This document shows, piece by piece, positions 9,667 to 21,100 of a DNA stretch of 64,000 nucleotides (position 1 is its first letter; each line of letters opens with the position of its first letter). The position numbers were made by a program, and so were the translations under genes. Source of the stretch: Ostreococcus lucimarinus (lineage: Eukaryota); assembly GCA_000092065.1 (NCBI GenBank), contig CP000594.1. One strand, 5' to 3'. A model generated the notes under the pieces. It saw nothing but the letters and a program-made list of their open reading frames with translations. It was not told the DNA's origin and made no database searches.

Positions 9667-11311
9667 TTACTCTACTTTTTGGCGAACTTTGGCGAACTTG
9701 CCCTTGCCCTTTTCGAGGAGCGGGTCGTGGACCTCGTAATCGTTGACGTCGGCCGCGTAGGAACCGACGTCGTTTCGAGACTCGGGGACGAAGGCCAACT
9801 TGTGAGATTTCCAGTCGCTCGCGTCGTCCTCTTCGTCTTCGTTCTCCTCCATGTAGTACAAGCCCTGCGGGACGAAGCGAGAAACGCCGGCGCGACCGGT
9901 TCGTTCGTCGCCGTCTTCCGGTTTGTTCGTCGCCGACGCCGGCGCCTTTTTCGGTTGATTCGAGTTGAACGCGGCGAGACGCGCGAGCGTTTCTTTTTCA
10001 CGATCGTACACGCGAGACTTGCGCACTTTGGCCTCGATGCGCTTAACTTCACCGCTCGTCATCAACGCGGCGTCTTCCTCGCGCACGGCTCGCTTGCCGA
10101 GACCGAGCTTTTTCAGTTTGGTCGCCTCGCGTCGTCGTCGCTCGGCTTCACGCGCCTCCTTCTCCGCCCGTCGCTTTTCCTTCAGATCGCGCTTGTCTCG
10201 CTTCGCCGCGAACGCGTCGGCTTGTTCTTTGATGTCTTTTTCGATCTCTTTCAGCCCACCATCGACGTCGCCCAACTCGCGTCGCTTTCGAATCATCTTT
10301 TCGCGCATTTGCTCCTGAAACGACGCCGCGTCGGCGCCGCCGTCGGCGTCGTCCCAAGCCCTGCGCCCACCACCGCCCGCCAACGCGGCCTCGTCATCGC
10401 TCACGTCCTCGCCCATATCGCGCAAGCGCTCTTTGACGCGTTCCTTCTTTTCTTGCGCCAACGCCTTCTCGCGCGTCGTGCGCTCGAGCGCCTCGCGCGT
10501 CTCCTCGGCGTCGGCGCTCACGAGCGTGGCGTCGCCGCCGACATCGTGCGATGACTTGATCCCTTTCAACCCGACTTCTTCTAAGGTCGCCTCCTCTTCC
10601 GCCGCTTCTTCGCCGAAAGACAACAGCGCCAGCTTCTTCTTCGCCTTCTTCTGTTTTCTAAAATCCTCCACCTCCGCCTCCGCCTCCGCCTCGCTCGCGC
10701 GTCGCCTCGGCTCGATGTCTGGAAACGGATTCGCCAGCACCTCCACTCGCAAGATCTTCGGCGCTGGATCGATCGGACGATCGCCCTCCGTCTCCACGTT
10801 CCCTATCTGTATCGCGTTATACATCGTCGCTCCCACGATTTTCCCAAAAATCGTGTGCCGGCGATTCAACCACTCGCACTCGCCCAGCGTCACGAACCAC
10901 TGACTACCGTTGCTATCCCGTCGTCCCTCGTTCGCCATCGCCACCCGGCCTCGCGCGTTAAACCTTAACCTCGAGTGAAATTCATCCTTGAACCCCTTCC
11001 CGTCGTTCACCGCGCTCGCGCCGCCGCGTCCCGTGTTCGTCGGGTCGCCCGTCTGCGCCATGAAGTTGGCCACGCACCGCGTGAATTCATTCTCATCGTA
11101 ATACCTGCGTCGTAAGGCGCGTCGTTTTGTCAGTCGCGCGTCGCGCGTCTTCTCGCGCGCGTTCGACGCACCCCTCGAGCGCGAGCTGCACGAAGTTTCG
11201 GCACGCCAGCGGCGCCTCGCGGGCAAAGAATTCAATCTCTAATTCACCGTGCGTCGTGCGCACGACCGCCTTTCCCTCCGTCGGCGGCTCGAGGGCGTAC
11301 ACCGCGGACAT
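9667..11311 (-). CDS. CWC27: Spliceosome-associated cyclophilin-type PPIase CWC27; exons 11311..11172 and 11104..9667
   Basis: Exon 1 [47 protein letters not shown] matches the human CWC27 N-terminus MSNIYIQEPPTNGKVLLKTTAGDIDIELWSKEAPKACRNFIQLCLEA. Exon 2 begins [28 protein letters not shown]...[20 protein letters not shown]. The long charged C-terminal tail is like CWC27. The splice GAG GG|GTGCGT ... CGCAG|G restores the codon GGG exactly. Confidence 0.85.
11105..11171 (-). other. 67-nt spliceosomal intron of CWC27
   Basis: GTGCGT donor, ACTGAC 27 nt upstream of the CAG acceptor. The frame is restored and the cyclophilin domain is completed. Confidence 0.8.
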
Positions 11312-11427
11312 GCGCGACGCGGCTCGCGCGCGCGCGCCGGTCGCGCGGCGTCGCGCGGCGACGTCGAGGCGGACACTGCCGCGCCGCCGGGCGCGCGTCC
11401 GCACATCGCGCCGCGGCGTCGCGCGCC

Positions 11428-13095
11428 ATGGCGCGCGATCGCCCCGCGGACGTCGCCGGGCGCAGCGAGAGCGAGCGTAAGGTGCTGGCGATCGCGGACA
11501 TCGTCGCGCAGCTCGTCGCGCGCGACGCGAGCGATGGATTCATGAACTTGAACTCGGTCAAAAACGCGACGAGCCGCAAGTACAAGCTTTCGAAGGCGCC
11601 GAAGCTCACCGAACTCATCGCGGCGGTGCCGGTGGAACATCGCGATCAGTTGCTGCCGAAACTCAGGGCGAAACCGGTGCGAACGGCGAGCGGGGTGGCG
11701 GTGGTGGCGGTGATGAGTAAACCGCATCGGTGCCCGCACATAGCGACGACGGGCAACGTGTGCGTGTACTGCCCGGGAGGACCCGATAGTGATTTTGAGT
11801 ACTCCACGCAGTCTTACACTGGATATGAACCGACGTCGATGCGAGCGATACGGGCGAGGTACGATCCGTACGCGCAGTCTCGAGGACGGGTGGACCAGTT
11901 GCGACGGCTGGGACACGCGGTGGACAAGGTGGAGTTCGTGCTCATGGGAGGGACGTTCATGTCGCTGCCGATCGATTATAGAGATTTTTTCATCAGAAAT
12001 TTGCACGATTCGCTCAGTGGGGCGAGCTCGTCGTGCGTGGATGAGGCTGTGAAGGCGTCGGAGCAGAGTAGGACGAAGTGCGTGGGGTTGACGATTGAGA
12101 CGCGGCCGGATTATTGTCAGTCACCGCATTTGCGACAGATGTTGTCGTACGGGTGCACGCGATTGGAAATCGGTTTGCAGAGCATCTATGAAGACGTCGC
12201 GCGCGACACCAATCGTGGGCACACCGTGGCGGCGGTGCAAAAGTGTTTTGAATTAGCCAAAGACGCGGGATTTAAAGTCATCGCGCACATGATGCCGGAT
12301 TTGCCAAACGTGGGCATGGAGCGCGATTTGGAGTCGTTTCGAGAATTTTTCGAGTCGCCTGATTTTAGAACAGATGGCTTGAAGCTTTATCCTACGCTCG
12401 TCATTCGAGGTACAGGATTGTACGAGTTGTGGCGCACCGGCAAGTATAGAAATTACCACCCCGAGCGCTTGGTGGATTTAGTCGCGCGAGTGCTCGCGCT
12501 CGTCCCACCCTGGGTCCGGGTCTATCGCGTCCAGCGCGATATTCCCATGCCTCTCGTCACCGCGGGCGTGGAGAAGGGTAACCTTCGTGAGCTCGCGATG
12601 GCGCGCATGGCGGATCTAGGCTTAAGATGTCGCGACGTGCGCACGCGCGAAGTCGGCTTACAAGATATTCATAACCGCGTCGCTCCGACGCACGTTGAAC
12701 TCGTCCGTCGCGACTACGTCGCCAATGGCGGGTGGGAGACATTCTTATCTTACGAAGATCCGCGACAAGACATCTTGGTAGGACTCTTGCGTCTTCGCAA
12801 GTGCGGTCGAACGGCCGCCAAGACGTCGCCTGCGCTCAAGGGCAAATGTTCCATGGTTCGCGAGCTTCACGTCTACGGCACCGCCGTCGCCGTGCACTCG
12901 CGACACAAGGGTCGCTTTCAACACCGCGGGTATGGCACTTTACTCATGCGCGAGGCCGAGCGCATCGCTCGCGAAGAACACGGCTCGAGCAAGCTCGCCG
13001 TGATTTCCGGCGTCGGCACGCGACACTACTATCGCAAGCTCGGATACGAATTAGAAGAAACCTACATGGTGAAGCATCTCTCCGCGAACGAGTAG
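11428..13095 (+). CDS. ELP3: Elongator complex protein 3 (radical-SAM plus GNAT acetyltransferase)
   Basis: ATG in a gccATGg context. Radical-SAM cluster motif [17 protein letters not shown], the GNAT region [17 protein letters not shown], 555 aa, full length, no intron needed. Divergent from CWC27, with only about 116 bp between the two ATGs. Confidence 0.9.
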   Translation: MARDRPADVAGRSESERKVLAIADIVAQLVARDASDGFMNLNSVKNATSRKYKLSKAPKLTELIAAVPVEHRDQLLPKLRAKPVRTASGVAVVAVMSKPHRCPHIATTGNVCVYCPGGPDSDFEYSTQSYTGYEPTSMRAIRARYDPYAQSRGRVDQLRRLGHAVDKVEFVLMGGTFMSLPIDYRDFFIRNLHDSLSGASSSCVDEAVKASEQSRTKCVGLTIETRPDYCQSPHLRQMLSYGCTRLEIGLQSIYEDVARDTNRGHTVAAVQKCFELAKDAGFKVIAHMMPDLPNVGMERDLESFREFFESPDFRTDGLKLYPTLVIRGTGLYELWRTGKYRNYHPERLVDLVARVLALVPPWVRVYRVQRDIPMPLVTAGVEKGNLRELAMARMADLGLRCRDVRTREVGLQDIHNRVAPTHVELVRRDYVANGGWETFLSYEDPRQDILVGLLRLRKCGRTAAKTSPALKGKCSMVRELHVYGTAVAVHSRHKGRFQHRGYGTLLMREAERIAREEHGSSKLAVISGVGTRHYYRKLGYELEETYMVKHLSANE

Positions 13096-13109
13096 CGCCG
13101 AGTCCAACT

Positions 13110-13114
13110 TGTAA
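13110..13114 (+). promoter_or_regulatory. TGTAA motif 15 nt after the ELP3 stop (candidate poly(A) signal)
   Basis: ttgTAAac directly downstream of the TAG stop. Confidence 0.3.
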
Positions 13115-13584
13115 ACACAAACACACTCAAACGCGCGCGCGCGATCGAGTGGGCACGAAACTTCGTCGCCGCCGCGACGTCGCCGCCGCGCTCGCCTCGC
13201 CCCCCGCACTTCACCGCTTGCACGACGGCGACGCACGCGCCCGCGATCCACCCGCGCGCGCACAAACGATGAACGGGCCGACTTTAGATTTCAGCTTCCT
13301 CGACGCCACCGCGCGCGGCTCGATGGCGTCGAAACACGTCGACGAAAGGTTCGTTTCAGATCGCGTCAACGCGCGATCGACGACTGACGCCGCGTTTTAA
13401 CGCGTTCACAGCCTCGACGCGATCGATGGAAACATGCACGAGTGTAACTTTAAAGCCCCTGCGGTGGAAGACGTGCGTGAGCGACGCGAACGCGACGCGC
13501 ACGACGAGTGAGCGCTGGCGATCGGGAGAGCAACGGTTTGGTTAGGTCGCGGCGCTCGCGAAGAGTGAAAATGGACGACTGACG

Positions 13585-14364
13585 ATGACGGTGGACGATT
13601 TGCGCGCGCAGTTTGAAGGATTCCAGCGAGAGGTGATCAATTACGTCAAACCGAACCACGGGACGACGACGCTGGCGTTTATTTTTGAGCACGGTATCGT
13701 CGTCGCGGTGGACTCTCGCGCGTCGCAAGGACCGTACATTTCTTCGCAGACGGTGAAAAAGGTGATCGAGATTAATCCGTTCTTGCTCGGGACCATGGCC
13801 GGGGGGGCGGCAGATTGTCAGTTTTGGCAGCGAAACCTCGGGATTCAGTGCCGGTTGCACGAGTTGGAAAATGGGAAGCGAATCACGGTGCGCGCGGCGA
13901 GCAAGCTGTTGGCGAACACGCTGTACAGTTACAAGGGCAAGGGATTGTCCATGGGGACGATGGTGGCTGGGTGGGATTTGAACGGGCCTGGGCTGTATTA
14001 CGTCGATAGCGAGGGCACACGGTTGAAGGGGCAGCGGTTTAGCGTCGGTTCGGGGTCGTTGTTTGCATACGGGGTGTTGGATCAAGGATACAAGTGGGAC
14101 TTGACGGTTGAGGAAGCGTGCGAACTCGGACGACGCGCGATTTATCACGCCACGTTTCGCGACGCATTTTCTGGTGGTACTGTCAGTGTGTACCACGTCG
14201 GTGCGAATGGGTGGACTAAGGTGACCGGGGACGATGTCGGCGAGTTACACTTCTCGTATTACCCGGCGACGCCGGTCGACGACGTCGATGCGCACTGCGG
14301 CGGAGAAGGCAAGAAGGAAGCCGAGGCGAGAGCGGCTACGGAAGCGAGCGCGATGGAGACGTGA
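13585..14364 (+). CDS. PSMB5: 20S proteasome subunit beta type-5 (chymotrypsin-like)
   Basis: ATG start, short propeptide, then the Thr1 region [23 protein letters not shown], plus [15 protein letters not shown] and [12 protein letters not shown]. Confidence 0.9.
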   Translation: MTVDDLRAQFEGFQREVINYVKPNHGTTTLAFIFEHGIVVAVDSRASQGPYISSQTVKKVIEINPFLLGTMAGGAADCQFWQRNLGIQCRLHELENGKRITVRAASKLLANTLYSYKGKGLSMGTMVAGWDLNGPGLYYVDSEGTRLKGQRFSVGSGSLFAYGVLDQGYKWDLTVEEACELGRRAIYHATFRDAFSGGTVSVYHVGANGWTKVTGDDVGELHFSYYPATPVDDVDAHCGGEGKKEAEARAATEASAMET

Positions 14365-14423
14365 GAATTGTACATCATTACGTAGCACAGTTTAATTCTG
14401 ATCTCTTTACACACTATTAATTA

Positions 14424-16940
14424 TTACTCACCGTCCAAGCCTTTGAACAGAGGGGAAGAACGCTTGATCGGCGAGATGCCGTCAATCGAGCGATTTGAAG
14501 AAGCGGGCGGAGAGCGCGGAGAGCGGATCGCCGTGATCGGCGTCGGCGCCGGTCGCGATACCGGTGAGCCGGGCGTGAATGTTCCCGGGGTTAGGAAAAA
14601 GCTTCGACTCGGCGAAGCCGCGGGCGAAGCTGATCCAGGCATCGGCGATCCAGACATGGACGACTCGAGCGAACGCAAACGTTGGGACAAAGTTTTGACT
14701 TGAGACTTTGAAGCCGACATGGCGTCGTCTTGGAGCTTGGTTAACGCTTCATATCGATTGAGCTGCGCACGCAGATCCTCTGCCTCTTCGCGCGCGATAT
14801 TTCTGCCCTCAAGCGCCTCGGCAAGATCCTTTTCGAGCGCGGCGATGCGCCCTTGGTTTTCGCTCGAAGCGCGATGCGCAGACATTTCCAGGCCGCGCTT
14901 CAGCGCGTCGATTTCGAGCTGTGCCATGTCCTGTGCGCGCTTCACCGCAGCTAACCCTTCCGCTTTTGACTCTTCGAGTTGTTTTTGGAGCGATTGCATC
15001 GTATTCGACTCGTTTTGAGACAACGCCTCCTCTTCTTCTCCCGCGAGAGAAGTCTTGCGAACGCTGAGCAATGCCCCGAGGTCTCGCACGTTGGCTTCGG
15101 ATTCTTCGAGCTCGCCCTTTAGTCGCTGAAACTTTTCTTCGTACGTCGCGCGCTCAGCTTTGAGTGCAGCGATGTGTTCGTTTGCGGCGACGAGCGCCGC
15201 CTCCATCGCTTCTCGGTCCTTCACGGACGACTCCAAACGCTCGCGCGCCTCCCGCGCGCTCAATTCAGCCACGGCTTTGGCTTTTTCAGCCTCAATCGTG
15301 CGCTGCGTAGACGACCGTATGGATGACTCGGACGCGCTTGCGACGGCCTGTCGCTCAGATGCCAATGCATCTTCCAACTCACGCGCGTGCGTACGCTTCA
15401 ATTTTGCGATTTCGCCCTCGAGATCGACGACTTCACGTCGCAACTCGGCGACGACACCTTCGCTTGACGCGTGCAATCGACTCTTGTAATGTTGCTCGGT
15501 GCGATGCAAGGCACTTTGCATATCCTGCGCACACTGCGCCTTGAGCGCGCCCAGTTCATTTATAAACCTCGCCTTCGCGTCTGCCGCGAGTTCCTTCGCG
15601 CTTTGAATTTCTGCCGTGAGATGCGTCACGCGCGCGCGCAAAATCATGACGCTTCGCTTGTGCCCGCCGACGTCGCCCAGGACCTCTTCCAAAGACGACA
15701 CCTTCATCTCCAAGTCGCGGTTTGTGATTTCGAGTCTATTCAGGTTTGCCCGCGCATCATCACGCGCGCTCTCGATGGCCCGCAATTCCCTTCGAGTCGT
15801 CGCCAGAGCTTCATCACGGGCGTGAATGACGTCGCGAGCGCTTGCGAGCTCTGCTCGAAACGATTCAAACTGTCCCATGGCTTCGTCCATGTCCCGTTTT
15901 GCCATTGTCGCCGCGTGCGTGGCGTTCGAGCGCTCGCGATTTACCGTCGCAAGTTCTTCTTCTAATGTTTCTATGCGCGTCTTCAACGCGTTCGCCTCAC
16001 GCGTCGCTCGTACCTCAGTCGACGACGCGAGCGCGCCGAATCGCCCGATGGCATCCCTCGCGCGTTGGGCGGCGTCGCGCTCAGCTTCACTCAGACGCTT
16101 TTCGCAATTTGCCACTCTCGCAGCGACGCGCTCTTCCACGCGTGACGCCGCTTCGTTGGCTTCGCGCATCCTCGTCTCCGCTGCTTCGCGCAAGGCGTTC
16201 ACCTCCGCGATTTGCGCCTCTCGCCACTCCGCCGAAGATCGTCGCACGTCTTCCAGTCGCGTTTCGCTCGTTGCGCGCTCTTCATCGAGCCGACGCGTGA
16301 GCTCATCTACGCGCGCATTCGCCGTGCGTTCACGCGTGGTCGACGCTTCGAGCGCTTCGCGAGTTTCATCGCGCTGTCGCAACACAGCCGTCGCGTGCAC
16401 GCCGAGCTCTTCATACTTTTTCCTCGTGCGCAGATGCGCGTCCCGCTCGCGACGTAACATCTCACCCAAAGAGCTCTGCGGCGCCGGTATCTCGCGTCGT
16501 CGATCAGCGACCAAACCTCTCGACGATGACGACGGGCGTGTACGTCTTCGCGTAGACGTGCCTCCTGTGGCTTGGCTGCCTCGCACGTTCCTTCGCAGCT
16601 CCTCCATGAAATCGCCGTCGGAATCGTCGCTCGCGTTCGCCGCGCCGAACCGCGCGTTCAAATTCTCCCCCTTCGGCCGATCCTCGCCCTTACCCGCGCG
16701 CGAATCGCGCTCGCTAATATACATATCCTCGCTCCGCGCGTCCCCGCTCACCTCTCGCCGCATGCGCTCCGCGAATCCCCGCGCGCGCCGTATGTACGCG
16801 CTCGACGGTTCGTCCCGGTGCGGCGACCCCCACGCCGGCACCGCGCGCACGAAATCATCCTCATCCGACCCGCTCGCGCTCACCGACGCGTCGGTAGCTC
16901 CTCGTAGCACCTTGTCGATGAGCTTTTTCGCGCTCGACAT
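14424..16940 (-). CDS. Long coiled-coil protein (838 aa); disordered Ser/Asp-rich N-terminus and Pro/Ser-rich C-terminus; no specific family recognised
   Basis: Genuine ATG at 16940. Continuous heptad-like E/R/A/L-rich sequence over about 600 aa. Its stop lies only about 60 bp from the PSMB5 stop, across an AT-rich spacer. Confidence 0.55.
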   Translation of the reverse strand: MSSAKKLIDKVLRGATDASVSASGSDEDDFVRAVPAWGSPHRDEPSSAYIRRARGFAERMRREVSGDARSEDMYISERDSRAGKGEDRPKGENLNARFGAANASDDSDGDFMEELRRNVRGSQATGGTSTRRRTRPSSSSRGLVADRRREIPAPQSSLGEMLRRERDAHLRTRKKYEELGVHATAVLRQRDETREALEASTTRERTANARVDELTRRLDEERATSETRLEDVRRSSAEWREAQIAEVNALREAAETRMREANEAASRVEERVAARVANCEKRLSEAERDAAQRARDAIGRFGALASSTEVRATREANALKTRIETLEEELATVNRERSNATHAATMAKRDMDEAMGQFESFRAELASARDVIHARDEALATTRRELRAIESARDDARANLNRLEITNRDLEMKVSSLEEVLGDVGGHKRSVMILRARVTHLTAEIQSAKELAADAKARFINELGALKAQCAQDMQSALHRTEQHYKSRLHASSEGVVAELRREVVDLEGEIAKLKRTHARELEDALASERQAVASASESSIRSSTQRTIEAEKAKAVAELSAREARERLESSVKDREAMEAALVAANEHIAALKAERATYEEKFQRLKGELEESEANVRDLGALLSVRKTSLAGEEEEALSQNESNTMQSLQKQLEESKAEGLAAVKRAQDMAQLEIDALKRGLEMSAHRASSENQGRIAALEKDLAEALEGRNIAREEAEDLRAQLNRYEALTKLQDDAMSASKSQVKTLSQRLRSLESSMSGSPMPGSASPAASPSRSFFLTPGTFTPGSPVSRPAPTPITAIRSPRSPPASSNRSIDGISPIKRSSPLFKGLDGE

Positions 16941-17262
16941 CGCTCGGCGCGACGCGCGCGACGAAAATGACGACGAGCTGTGCGCTGGATTTCAAATTCG
17001 CACGCGCGTTCGACCGTCGCGCGGCGTCTGCGCGCGCCTGGAGGCGTCTACGCGCGCGCGGTGACGTACACTTTTGTCTTTGTCGCTCGCGCGCGGCGTT
17101 TCGCGGCCCGCAATCGCGCTGCGCGCGCGCACGAGTGCGGAACGCCTTCAAGATGCGCGCGCGTTCGGGACGCATTCGAGACGCGGCGGCGAGGCGAAGC
17201 GAAGCGAAGCGAGCGGACTACAGCACCGACTAACGTAATGATACAACCATGGGCGACGCGCG

Positions 17263-18051
17263 TCAAGTCATGCCCTTTGCGATCTTGGACGCGCGCACGC
17301 GCTCGCCCTCCAACGCGCTCCGCAACGCCGCGTGCGCGGCTCGCGGACTCGTCCCTTTGGCCAACAGCGTGCGCGACGTCTGCTTGTGCCCGCGTAACAA
17401 GCTCATCTGCGCCAATCTCAACCCTAAAACCCGCGCCAAAAACTCCACTAATTCCCCGTCGCACGCGTGCGCGGGTCCGATGACGTCGACGAAGACGCAC
17501 GACGCGCTAATCTTCGTCACCGCGTGCGTCGCCGCGCGTTGCGAAATTTCTAAATCGATTTGCGTCGCCCCGCCCGCGCCGGCTATGATGCACGGCGGCG
17601 GCGGCGCGTCGTCCCCGATTCCCTCTCCCGCGCTCGCGCCGTGATCTTTTTCGTAATCGAACGCGCTCAGCGCGCCTTTATGTATGTAAAACACTCCCTT
17701 TTCGTCCGCTCTCGCGTTCGCGCCGCGAGACGCGTCCCGGTATCCCACCGGCGTCGTCCCGCACCGCGCCCTCTGTCTCTTCTCGTACGTCCCGTCTCTC
17801 CCTCGCACCGCGACGACTTCGGCGTCGAGCGCGGCGAGGATTCGCGTGGGGTGCTTCGCGAGGTCGAGCATCAGCGCGCCGTCCGTGCGTCGTCGCGGCA
17901 GCGCGGAGAGGTCGTCGCAGGTTGAGGTCATGACGTGTTGGCCGCAGAATTTGCAATAATACGTCGTGTATTTCGCCTCATCCGCGCGCTCGTGCTCGGC
18001 GTCTTCGCTGGTGAAGACGTGCGCGGACGCGCGCTTGCGTCCGGGAGGCAT
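17263..18051 (-). CDS. Fusion-type ORF: the N-terminal part is STEEP1/CXorf56 (UPF0428)-like; the C-terminal part is a DUF167 (YggU/C15orf40-like) domain
   Basis: Genuine ATG. TTYYCKFCGQHVMTSTCDDLSALPRRRTDGALMLDLAKH and YEKRQRARCGTTPVGY parallel human STEEP1 ([37 protein letters not shown] ... YRKKCAKCGLPLFY). The C-terminus CVFVDVIGPAHACDGELVEFLARVLGLRLAQMSLLRGHKQTSRTLL parallels E. coli YggU ([42 protein letters not shown]). The comparison is from memory. Confidence 0.5.
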   Translation of the reverse strand: MPPGRKRASAHVFTSEDAEHERADEAKYTTYYCKFCGQHVMTSTCDDLSALPRRRTDGALMLDLAKHPTRILAALDAEVVAVRGRDGTYEKRQRARCGTTPVGYRDASRGANARADEKGVFYIHKGALSAFDYEKDHGASAGEGIGDDAPPPPCIIAGAGGATQIDLEISQRAATHAVTKISASCVFVDVIGPAHACDGELVEFLARVLGLRLAQMSLLRGHKQTSRTLLAKGTSPRAAHAALRSALEGERVRASKIAKGMT

Positions 18052-18199
18052 CGCGGCGCGACTCGTCGCGCGCGGCGAAAAGTGACGCCGAGGTGGAGTC
18101 AGAACGCGACGGCTGGACGCTCGCGAAGAAAGTTCGTCGATCGATCGGTGCGAGAAGCGCGCGGTGGCGCGCTCTGAAGTTGAACTAAAGCTATTTTGA

Positions 18200-21100
18200 C
18201 TAGTCTAGAGCGTCTAAAGCGGCGGCGACGCGGCGCGCGCGTTTGCGGTGTCGCGCGCGACCGGCGTCGCCGAGCGCGCGCGTGGCGTGGAGACGCGCCC
18301 AGGCGCGAGCGGCGGCGGCGCGGCGCGCGTCGAACGCGCGACGTTTCGCGTGCACGCGCTCGACTCGGAGGGTTTCGTCGGGGCCTTCGTCCACGGTGAT
18401 CACGCCGAGCGCGGGCGTCGCGCGGATGTCGTCGTTCAGGGTGAGTCGGGCGAGCGGGGGCGCGAGACGCGATCGTCCCGAAGCCGACTTCGCGGGAACG
18501 TTGAGGTTTTCAACCGCGTGTCGTCGATCGTCGTTTTCGTCTGCATCGGCGTCCACGGGAAAGGAGCCGATGTCTGCGATGACTTGCTTCACCGCGGTGG
18601 ACAATGTGGTAGGTTTGAAGGCGCGAGGTTCGCGCTCGCGCGCGATTCGGGCGTCTCTCGCTCCGGCGTGCGCGCCGGCGTCGAGCAGTCGCAATTCCAG
18701 CTTTGGTCCGTGCGTGCGCGTCTGCGTGCACGACATTTGAACCCATACCTTCTGGAGAAGTGCGTAAGAGCGCACGACGGTGTCGTCGCTCGAACGCACG
18801 ACATTCAAGGAATCACCCTCGACGCTCGTCGAGCGCCGCAACGTTTCGCCGGCGACGCCGACGACGGGCGTCGCTTGAAGCCACTGTTTCGCGTCTTTGT
18901 CGTCAGGATCTCGCGTCTCAAACGTGCTTTCTTTGAGTTCTTCGATGGCGTTCCCCGCGTCATCGACGAGCCTGATCGGGGCCTTCATGTGAAACGCCGG
19001 CAGGAACACCATGACGCCGTCGTCGCGAATCTCGTGCACCACGGCGGGCTCAATCATCGGCTTTTCGCGCAAAAGCCACAAAAGATAGATTTCTCCACAC
19101 CGTGATTGCGCGTGTTTTGACGCACGATTGCGCTCGTTCAAGTGTTGCGCCAGAGAGTCCAGATCACGCTCCGTCGCTCTCTTCTCCGCCTCGGCGACAT
19201 CCACGGCGGCGATGAGCTGACGATGCACGACAACATCCGCATATCGACGAATAGGAGACGTGAAATGCGTGTAATACGTCAACGCGAGACCGTAATGCCC
19301 GAACCCACCATCGGCACCGGAAATGGACCCAGAACTGATGTATTGCGCCTCTGACATCGCGCGCGTGGCCAATCCTCTGAACAGGGTCGTCACCTCTGGC
19401 TCGGACGTCGCGGCGACGCGCGCCAACGACGCGTTCAACGCCTCACCGCTCGAACCGTCGAGCTCGATGCCTTTCGCCGCAGCAAGTTTTGTGAGCTCTT
19501 CAAAACCACCTTCGCGAGGTGGCGCGTGGCGCCGAAGAAGCGCGCGGGATGGAAATGCGCGGTGCGTCGTTCGCGCCGCCGCGCTATTCGCCAAAATCAT
19601 CAACTCGGCGACGACGCGCATCATCGGCACTTCATCTTTTTGTAAAACCTCCGTCGGTGTCTTCGTTTGTGCGTCGGTTTCAAATCTCAACTCGGCGCTC
19701 TCGAGCTCTACAGCGCCGTGCGCGAGCCGAATGGCGTTCGTCTTGTTCGCAAACGCCACGAGCGTTTGCAAATCCCCGCGAACGAGTTCGCGCTCTACGG
19801 CGTCAAACGTATCGCTCGAGTCACCGTGCGGCAGCGGTTGTCCGTCGTGAATCGCTTGGGCTTGGTAATACGTCATTTGATGTCTCGAATGGATCACCGT
19901 GCGACCGAGCCAAACGTCGACGACGTCGAGATTCCTATCGAGCGTCCAAACGCAACTCACCGCGAGGCGATCGCGTCGTTCCAACAGCGACGCCAAATTT
20001 TCGCTCAATAAGCTCGGAAGCATGTCCAAACGGCGATCGACCAAATACACCGTCGTTCCACGCATTTGTGCCTCGTGATCGAGCAACGTTCCGGGGCGCA
20101 CGAAGTACGACACGTCCGCGATGTGAACGCCGATTTCGACGCGATCGGCTGAGACGTGCACGCTCAGCGCGTCGTCGACGTCGGTACATCCCGGGGGATC
20201 TATTGAACACGCTCTGTGATGGCGCAAGTCTCTCCTTTTCTCGATTTCTTCTTTGGGCACCATCCAATCGGCGCCTTCGCGCGGGAGCTCCGCGAGCGCA
20301 CGCGCGCCAAACGGCTCCGCGGGAATGTCGTAACGCGCCAACAGCGCCGCCATCTCGCCGTCGACCTCTCCCACGCCACCGAGAATTTTCACCAAGTGTC
20401 CGCTCGGGTAGCGCTGATTCGCCAGCCAGCGATCGATGCGCACGATGAAGCGCTGACCGACCAAGTCCCGCGCGCGGCGTGTCAAGAGTTTCACTTTGAC
20501 GATTTTTGAATCCATCGGCACGCAGAGCGCGCCGTTTCGTTCGCCGCGCGCGTCGCTCTTCAAGTCTTCCTCATCCACGACATCCAAACACGCCACGACG
20601 TCCAGCGTGGCGCGATGCGTGATGCCCACGACTCGTCCCGTGCGAACCTTTGACGTCGTCGTCGTCTGGTCGCCGTCTTCGAGCGTCACCGACGTCGCCG
20701 TCGCCGCGCGCCACTCGTCCTCGGGACAAATCTCCACCGCCACCGAGTCCCCATGAATCGCTCGATTCATCGCGTGTTTCGACGGTATGAGCACCCCATC
20801 GACGAACCCTTCGCACACCGCGCCTAACCGTTGCACTCGAAGCGCGCCGAGGACGATCGTCCCCGCCGCCGCGCCCTCGGCGATTTCTCCCTCGCTCCGG
20901 TGCGCGTCGTACGACGTCCCCGCTCCCGCGTTCCCGCCCGCGTCCTCCGCGTCCGCCCCGTCCGCCGCCACCGCCGCCTCGTACGCCTCGCGCGCGATTT
21001 CTCGACCCTCTCCGTCGCAGTACGCGTCGATGAACGCCTCGACGCTCAGCACCTCGACGTTCGCGTTCGCGTTCGCGTTCGCGTTCGCGCGTCCCGCGAG

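Noticed and set aside
13095-13585. tRNA or other small RNA genes in intergenic spacers. Several spacers were scanned, including 13095..13585, 26466..27189 and 31449..31669.
   Set aside because: No cloverleaf-compatible sequence and no GGTTCGAATCC-like T-loop was seen. The 222-aa ORF 12732..13400 there is Arg-rich junk.
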